From NCBI GenBank assembly GCA_965221775.1, contig CBDCSU010000004.1:1088001-1152000 (forward strand): 64,000 nucleotides of DNA, given 5' to 3'. Every line of letters starts with the position of its first letter. Position 1 is the stretch's first letter. The position numbers were made by a program, and so were the translations under genes. The stretch comes from Candidatus Latescibacterota bacterium. GTDB taxonomy: Bacteria; Latescibacterota; UBA2968; UBA8231. Positions 11,079-20,579 of this stretch are shown here, one piece after another. The notes under the pieces are model-generated. The model was given only the letters and a program-made list of their open reading frames with translations, searched no databases and was not told the origin of the DNA.

Positions 11079-11789
11079 CTAGCCGGCGGCCTCCACGAAG
11101 CGCTGCGCCAGCTTCGGGCCCAGGCCCTCGTCCTCGTGCTTGAAGAACACGAAGGCGCGGTCCCACCCCTGCTCCAGGACGCGCGCCGCCCACGCCTCCA
11201 TCTCCTCGTCGGAGTAGTCGCTGCCCCGCAGCCGCAGGTAGCCCCAGTCGGCGGTGGCGGCGAAGCGGCGCTCCACGTCGGCGGCGGTGTCGTCGTCCTC
11301 GTGGGCGAAGCAGAGGGCCCGGTTGGCGCCGCGCAGGCAGTCGCGCACGTCGTCGTCGAACCAGCTGTCGTGGCGGAACTCCATCGCCGCCGGCAGGCGG
11401 TCCGGCAGCAGGCCGACGAAGGTGCGCAGCCGCTCCAGGTCCTTCTCGAAGGTCGGCGGAAACTGGAACAGGACCGCTCCCAGACGCTCTTCCAGCTCGC
11501 CGGCGATGCCGGCGAACCAGGCCGTCTCCTCCCCCACGTCCTTCAGCTTCTTGAAGTGGGTGATCCGCCGCGTCGCCTTCATGGCGAAGCGGAACTCCCC
11601 GGGCACGCGCTCCGCCCAGCCGCGGACGACCTCCGGCTTGGGGACGCGGTAGAAGGAGTTGTTGATCTCCACCGACCGGAAGCGCTCCCCGTAGAAGGAG
11701 AGCATCTCCTTGTCGGGGAGCTTCTCGGGATAGAAGGGCCCCTTCCACTCCTTGTAGCTGTAGCCGCTGGTGCCGGCGTAGAGCTCCAT
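11079..11789 (-). CDS. DUF72 (YecE-like) TIM-barrel protein
   Basis: 'MELYAGTSGYSYKEWKGPFYP', 'SVEINNSFYR', 'LFQFPP', 'EFRHDSW', 'YLRLRG'. Confidence 0.9.
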   Translation of the reverse strand: MELYAGTSGYSYKEWKGPFYPEKLPDKEMLSFYGERFRSVEINNSFYRVPKPEVVRGWAERVPGEFRFAMKATRRITHFKKLKDVGEETAWFAGIAGELEERLGAVLFQFPPTFEKDLERLRTFVGLLPDRLPAAMEFRHDSWFDDDVRDCLRGANRALCFAHEDDDTAADVERRFAATADWGYLRLRGSDYSDEEMEAWAARVLEQGWDRAFVFFKHEDEGLGPKLAQRFVEAAG

Positions 11790-11791
11790 CG

Positions 11792-12508
11792 TCAGACCTC
11801 GATGGCGTAGAGCCGGTTCGTCGCCGGCAGGGTGATGCGCTCGGAGTAGTGGAAGACCTCGGCCGCCTCCGGCGACTCGCCGGTCGGAGTGGGGACCTCG
11901 ACGATGAAGTCGGCGAAGCCCGGGACGTTGAAGGCGACGAAGGCGAGCCGCAGGGCGTCGACGCTGCGCCCGGGGCGGCGGGAGAGGTCGGGCAGGACCA
12001 CCGGCCCGGTGTCGACCTGGTAGATCCCCGGACCGCGGCGGGTGTTCATCGTCTTCACCGGCGCCTCGATGACGGCCCGCAGGCCGGTGGCGGGATCGGC
12101 GATCTCGGTCTGCGAGACCAGCGGCTCGTGGGCATAGGTCGCCTGGAGGATCTCCTCCTGGGTGGTCAGCTCCCGCGCCGGGCCCTCCACCAGCCGGTAG
12201 CTCTGGCCGTCCCACCACCCGTCGGCCTCGCGGGCCTCGCGGTAGCCGTCGTGGCGGACGGACTTGCGCCGGAAGACGATCCCCCACCGCGGCCCGAAGA
12301 CGGGCAGGAAGTCGTAGTTGTCCTTCAGGAACAGGTCCTTCTCGGCGAAGGTGTCCTCGCTCTTGCAGGAGCCGCACTGCACGTAGTCCTCGTGGGCCCC
12401 GGCGCGCTCGTCGATCCAGCGCGTGCGCGACTCCACCCAGAAGCGGACCTCGTTGCCGGGCGCCCGGCCGATGACGAAGGAGCGTCCGTAGTCGAGGGGC
12501 GTCATCAT
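11792..12508 (-). CDS. Hypothetical protein (CxxC motif)
   Basis: 238 aa, host-like codon usage, ATGA coupling to upstream gene; 'QCGSCKSE'. Confidence 0.75.
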   Translation of the reverse strand: MMTPLDYGRSFVIGRAPGNEVRFWVESRTRWIDERAGAHEDYVQCGSCKSEDTFAEKDLFLKDNYDFLPVFGPRWGIVFRRKSVRHDGYREAREADGWWDGQSYRLVEGPARELTTQEEILQATYAHEPLVSQTEIADPATGLRAVIEAPVKTMNTRRGPGIYQVDTGPVVLPDLSRRPGRSVDALRLAFVAFNVPGFADFIVEVPTPTGESPEAAEVFHYSERITLPATNRLYAIEV

Positions 12509-15500
12509 CGGGATTCCTCCTCCTGCGTCCTGGGAGTGGGGGCGGGCACCGCCCAGAGGGTGACCTCGACCTCGTGGGTGAGGCGGCGCCAGCGGAAGTC
12601 GGTGGTGCGCACGACCGCGGTCCAGCCGTTGTCGGCGGAGGGGTTCTGGCGGATCTCGTAGTAGCCCTCCCCCTCCGTCTCGAGGGCGAAGAGCCAGCCC
12701 CCGTCCTCGGGCACGGGGCCGTGGACCTCGGTGGTCACCTGTTCCGACTCGCGGCCGTGCAGCCAGGTGTATCTCAGGCCTTCGGCATTGTCGTAGTGGA
12801 TCTCGTAGACCCCCCCGGCGTAGCCCGAGCGCCAGGTGAAGAGCCGTACGCCGTGGTCCCGCGCGCGCAGGGGATCTTCAGTTGGCGGCGGGATCGGGCC
12901 TCTGTCGAGCAAGTCGGACAGGGCCTGCAACGCCTCCCGCTCCAGGCGCCGGGCCGCGCGCACGCGCACCCTGGCCTTCTCCGGCTCGATCCTCGAGCTG
13001 TCCGCTTCCCCCTCGACCACGCCGAGGTCCCGCTGCAGCCCGCCGGTCTCCTCGTCCAGCTCGTCCGCCACCCCCTGGTAGGCGGTCCCCGCGGCCTGGA
13101 GCAGCTCGCGACGGCGCCCGGGGCCTTCGCGGCCGGCCGCGGCGAGGAGGTACCGCGCCGCCGTCCGACGAGCCTCGATCAGCTCCGGCAGCTCATCCGT
13201 GCCCACCTCCGCGAGCCAGGTCCGTGCCTCGCGGCTCTCGGCGAGCCACTCCTCCGTCCACGGGAGCCGCTCCCAGTCGCGGACCCAGGCATCCCAGGCC
13301 TGGAGACCGGCCGGCCGCCGGTGCGCGCCCCACGGCTCCGGCTGGTCCTCCGACCAGGGGGTGAGCCCCAACTCCAGGGCCAGGGCGGCGACGCTGTCCA
13401 CGAGGGCACTCTCGGACAGGGGTTCCCCGGCCCTCTCCACCACCAGGAAGGGACAGTTGCGCCACAGGCGGTCGGGAAACCGGGCCCACCACTGGTCGTC
13501 GACGAGGCGCCATCCCTGCTCGGCGGGCCCCATCTCGTAGAGCTCGACACCCTCCGCTGTCTCCCGATAGCCGGCGGCCACCTTCCACCGCTGGTCCTCA
13601 TCCCCGATCACCACCGGCAGGCCCCAGGAGAGCCAGCCCTTGATCTCCTTGAGGCTCTCCCGCGCCTTGAAGCCGCTGGAGATGCTGTAACCCAGGCCGA
13701 GCCACTCGAGCATGCGCGGGGGCTCGGGACCGTACCTCGGCCACCCGACCGGGGAGTACGGTCCCGAGTACGCGCCGGACCAGAACGGCAGGCGGCTCAG
13801 CGTCGCCAGGGTGAGGCTGTCGAGATCCGCCCGCCGCAGCCCCGCCGCGTCCGCCGCGGCGCCGAGGAGGCTCTCGCCGGTAGGCCGCGGAGGCTGCCGC
13901 AGGAGGATCGAGTCCGGGGCGGCGAGGGCCGCCTCGAGGGGTTCCCCCCTGCCGAGATCGCCCACCCTCTGCTCGGAGAACCAGCCGTCGTAGACATCCT
14001 CGGAGCGGACTCGCGCCGGCGGCGACAGCGGATCGGCACCGGTGACGCTGTAGCGCACGCCGGGGTAGCGGTTGCCGGCGAAGAGCGGATCGTCGATCGG
14101 CTCGCAGACGTTGAAGGAGAAGTCGAAGCGCCCGCGTCTCTGCGAGGCGCGCACGAGGAGCCGGTGTTCCCCGGCCTCCAGGTATCCCGGCAGTTGCACC
14201 TGCCCCAGCATGTGGCGGCGGCGGCCCTCGAACTCGTAGAGGGGCTCGCCGTCGATCCAGACGGAGAGGTCCTCGTCCGAGCCGAGCCAGAAGCGCACCG
14301 AGTCGGGACGCGCCATGGTGAAGGTGGTGTAGGCGTACACGGCGCAGTGGATGGGATCGTCGAAGTGACTGTCGAGGTCGATCTTGTCGTGGCCGAACCA
14401 GGTCACCTCGGACCAGCCGCCGCGTCCGGGTACCGGGCGCAGCGCGGCCGCCTCCTCCGGGGTGAACCGGTGATCGCGCTCCACCGGCCCCAGGAGGGTC
14501 CAGCGCCGGGGGCCCATGCCGTAGTTGGCCTGCTCGGTCCAGTCGCCGCCGCCGTAGTCGATGCCCGCCTTGACGTAGCGCATGGCCAGGGACTCCACGT
14601 CGCCGCCGAGGACGCGGATGTTCTCGTGCACGCCCGGGCCCCGGCCCTGCTGCCAGGCGAGGTCGGCGAACTCGAAGTCGTCCGGGTTGAAGCCCATGAG
14701 CCGGGCCACCACGAGGTCGGTGGCCACCGGGTCGGCGCCGGCGACGATCGTGTTGGCGCGCCGGGGAGTGCCGCCGAAGGCGCCGCCCTCGCTGCCGGCG
14801 ATCATGTCGACCACGTTCAGGTCGACCTCCGTCAGGCCCCACAGGTCGACCCAGCACTCGTCCTGCACGCGCGGGGCGTGGGGGATGCCGGCGGGCCGGC
14901 GGTCGGTGCCGCTGCCCTTGTTCCAGCCGTAGATGTGCCCGGGGAGGATGCCGAGGTGGTTCTTCATCGCCGCGGTGATCTTGGCCCCGTGGGTCTTGGC
15001 CACGGGACAGTTGATCCAGGCATCGGCCTCGACGATGGTGGCGGCGATGTCGTAGTCCGGATCGGCCAGGCCTCCCCCCGGGGGCGCCAGGCGGACGGGG
15101 CGGTCGAAGTTCAGGTCGACGCACTCGATGTCGACGCCGCGCTGCCGCAGCTCGCGGACCGTGGCCCGGTGGCCGGCGATCTCGAAGCCGTCCGCCACCC
15201 TGTACTCCTGGTCGGTGCTGTCCTTCAGGGACGGGCTGATCCAGCCGCCGGCGCCCTCGGCGATGGAGATGCGGGCGCCCGGGGCCGCCTCGTGGACCAG
15301 GATCGCCACGGCGCGCACCACGCGGGCGTCGGTGACGATGCCGGAGCCGGAGGGTTCGGGGATCGTGACGTTCGGCTTGATCGCCACCCGGCGCGCCGTG
15401 TCGGGGACGAAGGCCTCCATCCCCCCCACGAGGTCGACGGCGCGGCGCACCATCTGCAGGACCTGGTCGGCGGTGAGGGAATCGGTGCGCGCCGCGGGCG

Positions 15501-15618
15501 CGGCGAGGGACTCGTCGTCGGAGGGGACGACGCCGACCTCGAAGGGCTGGGCCGCTGCCGGCGACGAGGGGGACTGGGCGAGCAGGGCCAGCAGGAGGAT
15601 CGGGCGAACTCGGTTCAG
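12505..15618 (-). CDS. Secreted multidomain DUF362 protein
   Basis: Signal peptide; 'VAIKPNVT', 'SGIVTDARVV', 'INCPVAKTH..AMKNHLG', 'ADPVATD'; probable CTG start 5 nt after GGAGAG. Confidence 0.8.
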   Translation of the reverse strand: MNRVRPILLLALLAQSPSSPAAAQPFEVGVVPSDDESLAAPAARTDSLTADQVLQMVRRAVDLVGGMEAFVPDTARRVAIKPNVTIPEPSGSGIVTDARVVRAVAILVHEAAPGARISIAEGAGGWISPSLKDSTDQEYRVADGFEIAGHRATVRELRQRGVDIECVDLNFDRPVRLAPPGGGLADPDYDIAATIVEADAWINCPVAKTHGAKITAAMKNHLGILPGHIYGWNKGSGTDRRPAGIPHAPRVQDECWVDLWGLTEVDLNVVDMIAGSEGGAFGGTPRRANTIVAGADPVATDLVVARLMGFNPDDFEFADLAWQQGRGPGVHENIRVLGGDVESLAMRYVKAGIDYGGGDWTEQANYGMGPRRWTLLGPVERDHRFTPEEAAALRPVPGRGGWSEVTWFGHDKIDLDSHFDDPIHCAVYAYTTFTMARPDSVRFWLGSDEDLSVWIDGEPLYEFEGRRRHMLGQVQLPGYLEAGEHRLLVRASQRRGRFDFSFNVCEPIDDPLFAGNRYPGVRYSVTGADPLSPPARVRSEDVYDGWFSEQRVGDLGRGEPLEAALAAPDSILLRQPPRPTGESLLGAAADAAGLRRADLDSLTLATLSRLPFWSGAYSGPYSPVGWPRYGPEPPRMLEWLGLGYSISSGFKARESLKEIKGWLSWGLPVVIGDEDQRWKVAAGYRETAEGVELYEMGPAEQGWRLVDDQWWARFPDRLWRNCPFLVVERAGEPLSESALVDSVAALALELGLTPWSEDQPEPWGAHRRPAGLQAWDAWVRDWERLPWTEEWLAESREARTWLAEVGTDELPELIEARRTAARYLLAAAGREGPGRRRELLQAAGTAYQGVADELDEETGGLQRDLGVVEGEADSSRIEPEKARVRVRAARRLEREALQALSDLLDRGPIPPPTEDPLRARDHGVRLFTWRSGYAGGVYEIHYDNAEGLRYTWLHGRESEQVTTEVHGPVPEDGGWLFALETEGEGYYEIRQNPSADNGWTAVVRTTDFRWRRLTHEVEVTLWAVPAPTPRTQEEESR

Positions 15619-15673
15619 GTCGGCTCTCCAGGCTGAGGATTCAGTGGGAATCAGCGGACGCCCCTGGAACACT

Positions 15674-15731
15674 GTCAACGGCGAGGATCCCCGGCCTCCC
15701 GTTGACCCCCCGCCGGGGCGCGCCGAATATT
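15674..15731. promoter_or_regulatory. Divergent promoter region with inverted repeat over back-to-back TTGAC boxes
   Basis: GTCAACGG(15674)...CCGTTGAC(15706); plus strand TTGACC-17/18 nt-GAATAT/AATATT ahead of ATG 15741. Confidence 0.45.
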
Positions 15732-15740
15732 CCCGCCCAC

Positions 15741-18700
15741 ATGGAACGCCATCTCGACCGCAACGACTTCCGCCTCCTCCTCGGATGCGCCATCCTGACC
15801 GTCATCGGCCTGGCGGTGGGGGCGCGCTTCTTCTACGACGCCTTCCCCGAGGCGACGATCGACTTCGACCTCACCCGCGGCGAGGCCCGGGAGGAGGCCG
15901 CCTCCTTCCTCCGGGACCGGGGGTTCGACCTCGACGGCTACCGGCAGGCGGCCCTGTTCCGCTACGACGACGACGCCAAGACCTTCCTCGAGCGCGAGCT
16001 GGGCCTGGAGGGGGCCAGCGCCGTCATCGGCGATCCGGTGCGCCTGTGGCGCTGGAGCAACCGCTGGTTCCGCGAGCGCCAGAAGGAGGAGTTCCGGGTC
16101 GAGCACACGACCACCGGGGAGCTGGTCGGCTTCCGGCACCAGATCGAGGAGGAGGCCGCCGGCGACAGCCTCTCCCAGCCCGAGGCCCGGGCCGTGGCGG
16201 AGCGGTTCCTCGCACGGAGCATGGACCTCGACCCGGGGCGGCTGGAATTCGTCGAGGCGACGACCATCGAACGGCCCAACCGGGTGGACCACGCCTTCAC
16301 CTGGAAGCTGGCCGGCTTCGAGGTCTCCGGCTCCAGCTACCGGTACCACGTCGGCGTGCAGGGCGGCGAGGTGGGCAGCTTCACCGAGTTCCTGAAGGTG
16401 CCGGAGGCCTGGAAGCGGGACTACCAGGAGCTGCGCTCCCGCAACAATACCACCGGCCTGCTGGCCGCCCTCCTGCTCGTAGCCACCTGGGTGGTCATGC
16501 TGGTCCGCCTCGTGTCGAGCATCCGCTGCCAGGACGTGCGCTGGCGCTTCGCCCTCGTCCTCGGGGGGATCGCCTTCGTCCTCAGCTTCCTGGCCGAGAT
16601 CAACGCCCTGCCGGTGGCGGTGTACAACTTCGACACCACCGGAACCTTCGGCAGCTTCCTGGCGGGAGGGGTGCTCCAGGCCGCGGCCCTCGCCCTGGCC
16701 ATCGGCCTGGCCATCGCCTTCATCGTCGCCGGCGGCGAGCCGGAGTACCGCCGCTGGTACGGCGGCCACATCCGCCAGTCGAAGCAGTTCCTGCCCGAGG
16801 GCCTGCGCACCAAGCGCTTCCTCACGGGCAGCGTCATCGGCGTGGCCATGACGGCGTTGTTCGTCGCCTACCAGAGCGTGTTCTACGTGGTGGCCGAACG
16901 CTTCGGGGCGTGGAGCCCGGCGCAGATCCCCTACCAGGAGATGGTCAACACCTACATCCCCTGGGTGGTGGTGCTCCTCATCGGCTTCCTGCCCGCCGTC
17001 TCCGAGGAGTTCACCTCCCGGGCGTTCTCCATCCCCTTCCTGCAGCGGCTCCTGCGGTACCGCTGGGCGGCGGTGCTGATCTCCGCCGCCATCTGGGGCT
17101 TCGCCCACGCCGGCTATCCGCAGCAGCCCTTCTGGATCCGCGGCCTCGAGGTCGGCCTCGCCGGGGTCGTGGTGGGCTACGTCTTCGTGCGCTGGGGGCT
17201 GCTGCCGGTCCTGGTCTGGCACTACATGATCGACGCCTTCTACACGGCCCTGATCCTGCTGCGCTCCAGCGACCCCTACTTCGTGCTCTCCGCGGCGCTG
17301 TCGGTGGGCCTCCTGCTGCTGCCCCTCGGGGCGGCGGTGGTCCTCTACCTGCGGCGGGGGTCCTTCGCCGACGCCGGGCCCCTGCTCAACCGCGAGGACA
17401 GCCCGCCCCTCGAGTCCGCGGCCCCCGCGCAGCCGGCGGGGCCCGATCCCGGGGCCGAGACCGCTCCCGAGTCCACCGCCTACCGGCCGCTGAGCCGCGC
17501 ACGGCTGGGAATCGCCGCCGCGGCGGTGCTGGCGGGACTGGCGGTCTTCGCCCTCGAGAAGCCGGACCTGGTCCCGGAGGTCGACTACCGCCTGACCTCG
17601 GGGCAGGCCCTCGTCAGGGGCAGCGGGCACCTGACCGCCCTCGGCGTCGAAGTCGACTCCTGGCGCGCGGTGGTGACCCAGTCGACCCTCTGGCACGGGG
17701 CCGCCGTGGAGTACCGCGACGAGCGCGCCGGCCCGGCGGCCGCGGCGGCGCTCTACGAGGACGATCTGGCCCCGGCCCTGTGGCGGCTGCGGCTCTACCG
17801 GCCCGGTGAGAAGGAGGAGTGGGAGGTCCGCCTGCGCCCGGAGGACGGCGTGGTCTACGACGTCCGCCACCAGCTCGCCGAGGAGGCGCCGGGAGACAGT
17901 CTCTCCGAGGAGGAGGCGAAGGCCGTCGCCCTGGACCACCTGCGCTCCTACGGACTCGATCCTTCCGCCTTCGTGCTGAAGGAGGCGTCCGCCGAGGACC
18001 TGCCCGGGCGCCGCGACCACTGGTTCGTGTGGGAGGCGAAGGAGGGCGACCGGCGCAACCTCGACGAGGCCCGGTTCCGCTGCCGGGTGCACGTGGCCGG
18101 CGGCGAGGCCGCCGACCTGGACCGGTTCATCAAGCTGCCCGAGGACTGGCTGCGGGAGCGCCGCGAGGGTTCCTGGTGGCGCACCGTCCTGGAGTGGACG
18201 CCGGTGGGGGCGGCCATCGCCGTCTCCGTGCACCTGCTCGTGCTGCTGGTGGGGCACATCCGCTCGGGAACGCTGGCCTGGCGGCGGCCCCTGCGGCTCG
18301 GCCTCTTCGCGGCCGTGGTCCTCGCCCTGGGGCAACTCAACGAGCTGCCGGCGTTCTACGCCTTCTATACCACCGAGATCCCCCTCACCCTCTACCTGAT
18401 CACAGGCGTGGCGGGCTTCCTCCTCGGCTCGGTCCTGCTGGGGCTCCTCGTGGCCCTGGCCGCCGGCCTCTGCGGCTCCCTGTACCCGGGGGCCGCGGAC
18501 CGTCTGAACCGGTCCGGCCTGCGCCCGCAGCTGCGCGACGCCGTCCCCCTCTCGGTCCTCGCCGTCGCCGGAGCACTCGCCCTGGACCGCCTCGGCGGAG
18601 TCCTCGCCGCCGCCTTCCCCGCCGGGGCCCCTTCACCCTCCCCCGAGATCCCGAGTGTCGACTCCTGGGCGCCCGCCCTGGGCGGGCTCCTCGGCGCCGT

Positions 18701-19121
18701 GGGCACAGGGCTGGTCCTGCCCCTGGCCGCCGGCGTCCTCGTGTACTACGCCGTCCGCGTCCTCCGCCGCCCGCCGCTGGTGATCCTCGCCCTCCTCGCC
18801 CTGGGGGCGGCCATGGCCGGCGCCGACGCCCACCGGCCGGCCGAGTTCCTCTACGACCTCGGCTGGTTCGTCCTGACCGCCGCGGTGCTGGCCGCCGCGG
18901 TGTACTGGCTCTTCCGCGACAACGCCGCAGCCTACACCCTGGCCGCCTTCCTCTTCTCCGCCGTGGAGAGTGGCCTCGGTCTGCTGGATCAGTCGGCGTA
19001 CGCGGCCCATGGCCAGGTCCTTCTCGGCCTGTCTGCGGCCTTGCTGGCCGGTCTGTGGCTGCTCTCCTCCAGGGGCGGCCCCCACGACGAGGCCGCAGAC
19101 CCGCCGGCGCAACAGCCCTGA
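15741..19121 (+). CDS. Large membrane protein with CPBP (CAAX II/Abi) intramembrane glutamic protease domain
   Basis: 'AVSEEFTSRAF', 'IWGFAH', 'LVWHYMID'; many TM segments; duplicated extracytoplasmic unit. Confidence 0.85.
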   Translation: MERHLDRNDFRLLLGCAILTVIGLAVGARFFYDAFPEATIDFDLTRGEAREEAASFLRDRGFDLDGYRQAALFRYDDDAKTFLERELGLEGASAVIGDPVRLWRWSNRWFRERQKEEFRVEHTTTGELVGFRHQIEEEAAGDSLSQPEARAVAERFLARSMDLDPGRLEFVEATTIERPNRVDHAFTWKLAGFEVSGSSYRYHVGVQGGEVGSFTEFLKVPEAWKRDYQELRSRNNTTGLLAALLLVATWVVMLVRLVSSIRCQDVRWRFALVLGGIAFVLSFLAEINALPVAVYNFDTTGTFGSFLAGGVLQAAALALAIGLAIAFIVAGGEPEYRRWYGGHIRQSKQFLPEGLRTKRFLTGSVIGVAMTALFVAYQSVFYVVAERFGAWSPAQIPYQEMVNTYIPWVVVLLIGFLPAVSEEFTSRAFSIPFLQRLLRYRWAAVLISAAIWGFAHAGYPQQPFWIRGLEVGLAGVVVGYVFVRWGLLPVLVWHYMIDAFYTALILLRSSDPYFVLSAALSVGLLLLPLGAAVVLYLRRGSFADAGPLLNREDSPPLESAAPAQPAGPDPGAETAPESTAYRPLSRARLGIAAAAVLAGLAVFALEKPDLVPEVDYRLTSGQALVRGSGHLTALGVEVDSWRAVVTQSTLWHGAAVEYRDERAGPAAAAALYEDDLAPALWRLRLYRPGEKEEWEVRLRPEDGVVYDVRHQLAEEAPGDSLSEEEAKAVALDHLRSYGLDPSAFVLKEASAEDLPGRRDHWFVWEAKEGDRRNLDEARFRCRVHVAGGEAADLDRFIKLPEDWLRERREGSWWRTVLEWTPVGAAIAVSVHLLVLLVGHIRSGTLAWRRPLRLGLFAAVVLALGQLNELPAFYAFYTTEIPLTLYLITGVAGFLLGSVLLGLLVALAAGLCGSLYPGAADRLNRSGLRPQLRDAVPLSVLAVAGALALDRLGGVLAAAFPAGAPSPSPEIPSVDSWAPALGGLLGAVGTGLVLPLAAGVLVYYAVRVLRRPPLVILALLALGAAMAGADAHRPAEFLYDLGWFVLTAAVLAAAVYWLFRDNAAAYTLAAFLFSAVESGLGLLDQSAYAAHGQVLLGLSAALLAGLWLLSSRGGPHDEAADPPAQQP

Positions 19122-20566
19122 TGCACCTCCTCGTCACCGGCGCCTCCGGCCGCGTCGGCACCTGCGTCGTGGGCGGTCTGCGGGCCCGGGGCCACCGGGT
19201 GCGCGCCTTCGACCGGCGGCCTCCCGCAGACGGCGGCGGGGAGAGCCTGCAGGGGGAGCTGGGCGACTTCGACCACGTCCGCCGCGCCGTGGACGGCGTC
19301 GACGCCGTGATCCACCTCGGGGGCAACGCCGGCGAGAGGCCGTGGCCGGAGATCGCCAACAACAACTACATCGGCTGCTACCACGTCTTCGAGGCGGCCC
19401 GGGAGGCAGGGGTCCGGCGCGTCGTCTTCGCCAGCCGCGCCGGGCTGCTCTGGCTCTACCCGGACGAGGTGCAGCGCCGGGTGGACATGCTGCCCCGTCC
19501 GGTGGGCCTCTACGACAACAGCAAGCTCTTCGGCGAGATGCTCGCCTCCATGTACGCGTCCCGCTTCGGCATGGAGTGCGTCTGCGTGCGCATCGGCAAC
19601 TTCAGCCTCGACCGCGACCAGCCCGGGCACCCGCACCAGCTGAGCCACGGCGACTGCGTCCGCCTCTTCGAGCAGGCCGCCGCCCATCCGGTGGCGGGCT
19701 TCGAGATCGTCTTCGGCGTCTCCGCCAGCGACTGGCCCCTCTACGACGTCGACCACGGCCGGCGGGCGATCGGCTACGACCCGCGGGACGTCTCCCGGGT
19801 GCCGGAAGAGAAGCGCACCTTCCGCGGCGACGACGGACCCGCCGAGCCGCTGTCGGACGAGCCGCCCCGCCGGGTGCTGATCACCGGCGCCGCGGGGCAG
19901 GTGGGGCGGGCCGTGGCCCGCGGCCTGGGCCGGCGCTACCAGATCCGCGGCATGGACCGCGCCGAGATGCCGGAGCTGTCGGACACGGTGGTGGCCCCCC
20001 TCGGGGACTTCGAGGCCTGCCTGCGGGCCACCCGGGACGTGGACGCCGTCGTCCACCTGGGGGGCACGCCCAGCGGGGGGTCGCCCTGGGAGGAGGTGTG
20101 GGCCTCCAACTTCGTCGGCACCTGGCACATCATGGAGGCGGCGAGGCGCAACCGGGTGCCCCGCGTCGCCTACGCCAGCCGCGCCGGCATCCTGTCTCCC
20201 TACCCGAAGGGCCTGCGGCGCACCGTCGACCTCTTCCCGAGGCCGGAGACCTACTACACGATCAGCAAGATCTTCGGAGAGGGCCTGGGCCACACCTGGG
20301 CCTGGCGCCACGGCACCCGCTTCGTCGGCGTGCGCATCGGCAACTTCAGCCTCGAGCGGGACCAGCCCGCCCATCCGCACCAGCTGGGGCACGAGGACGC
20401 GGTGCGCGTCTTCGAGGCGGCGATCACCCACACGGGGTCGACGTACGAGATCGTCTTCGGGGTGTCGGACAGCGACTGGCCGCTCTACGACGTCGACCAC
20501 GGGCGGCGGGCGATCGGCTACGAGCCCGCCCAGCGCAGCGAGGTCCCGGAGGCCGAGCGGAACTAG
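19121..20566 (+). CDS. Tandem two-domain NAD-dependent epimerase/dehydratase (uronate-dehydrogenase-like)
   Basis: Two Rossmann motifs (VTGASGRVG; ITGAAGQVG) and two YxxxK motifs (YDNSK; YTISK); TGATG overlap with upstream stop. Confidence 0.88.
   Translation: MHLLVTGASGRVGTCVVGGLRARGHRVRAFDRRPPADGGGESLQGELGDFDHVRRAVDGVDAVIHLGGNAGERPWPEIANNNYIGCYHVFEAAREAGVRRVVFASRAGLLWLYPDEVQRRVDMLPRPVGLYDNSKLFGEMLASMYASRFGMECVCVRIGNFSLDRDQPGHPHQLSHGDCVRLFEQAAAHPVAGFEIVFGVSASDWPLYDVDHGRRAIGYDPRDVSRVPEEKRTFRGDDGPAEPLSDEPPRRVLITGAAGQVGRAVARGLGRRYQIRGMDRAEMPELSDTVVAPLGDFEACLRATRDVDAVVHLGGTPSGGSPWEEVWASNFVGTWHIMEAARRNRVPRVAYASRAGILSPYPKGLRRTVDLFPRPETYYTISKIFGEGLGHTWAWRHGTRFVGVRIGNFSLERDQPAHPHQLGHEDAVRVFEAAITHTGSTYEIVFGVSDSDWPLYDVDHGRRAIGYEPAQRSEVPEAERN
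19584..20355 (+). repeat. Intragenic direct repeat from domain duplication
   Basis: GCGTGCGCATCGGCAACTTCAGCCTCGA at 19584-19611 and 20328-20355 (offset 744), with further near-identical blocks downstream of each copy. Confidence 0.8.
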
Positions 20567-20579
20567 CCGGCGGCGGCCG

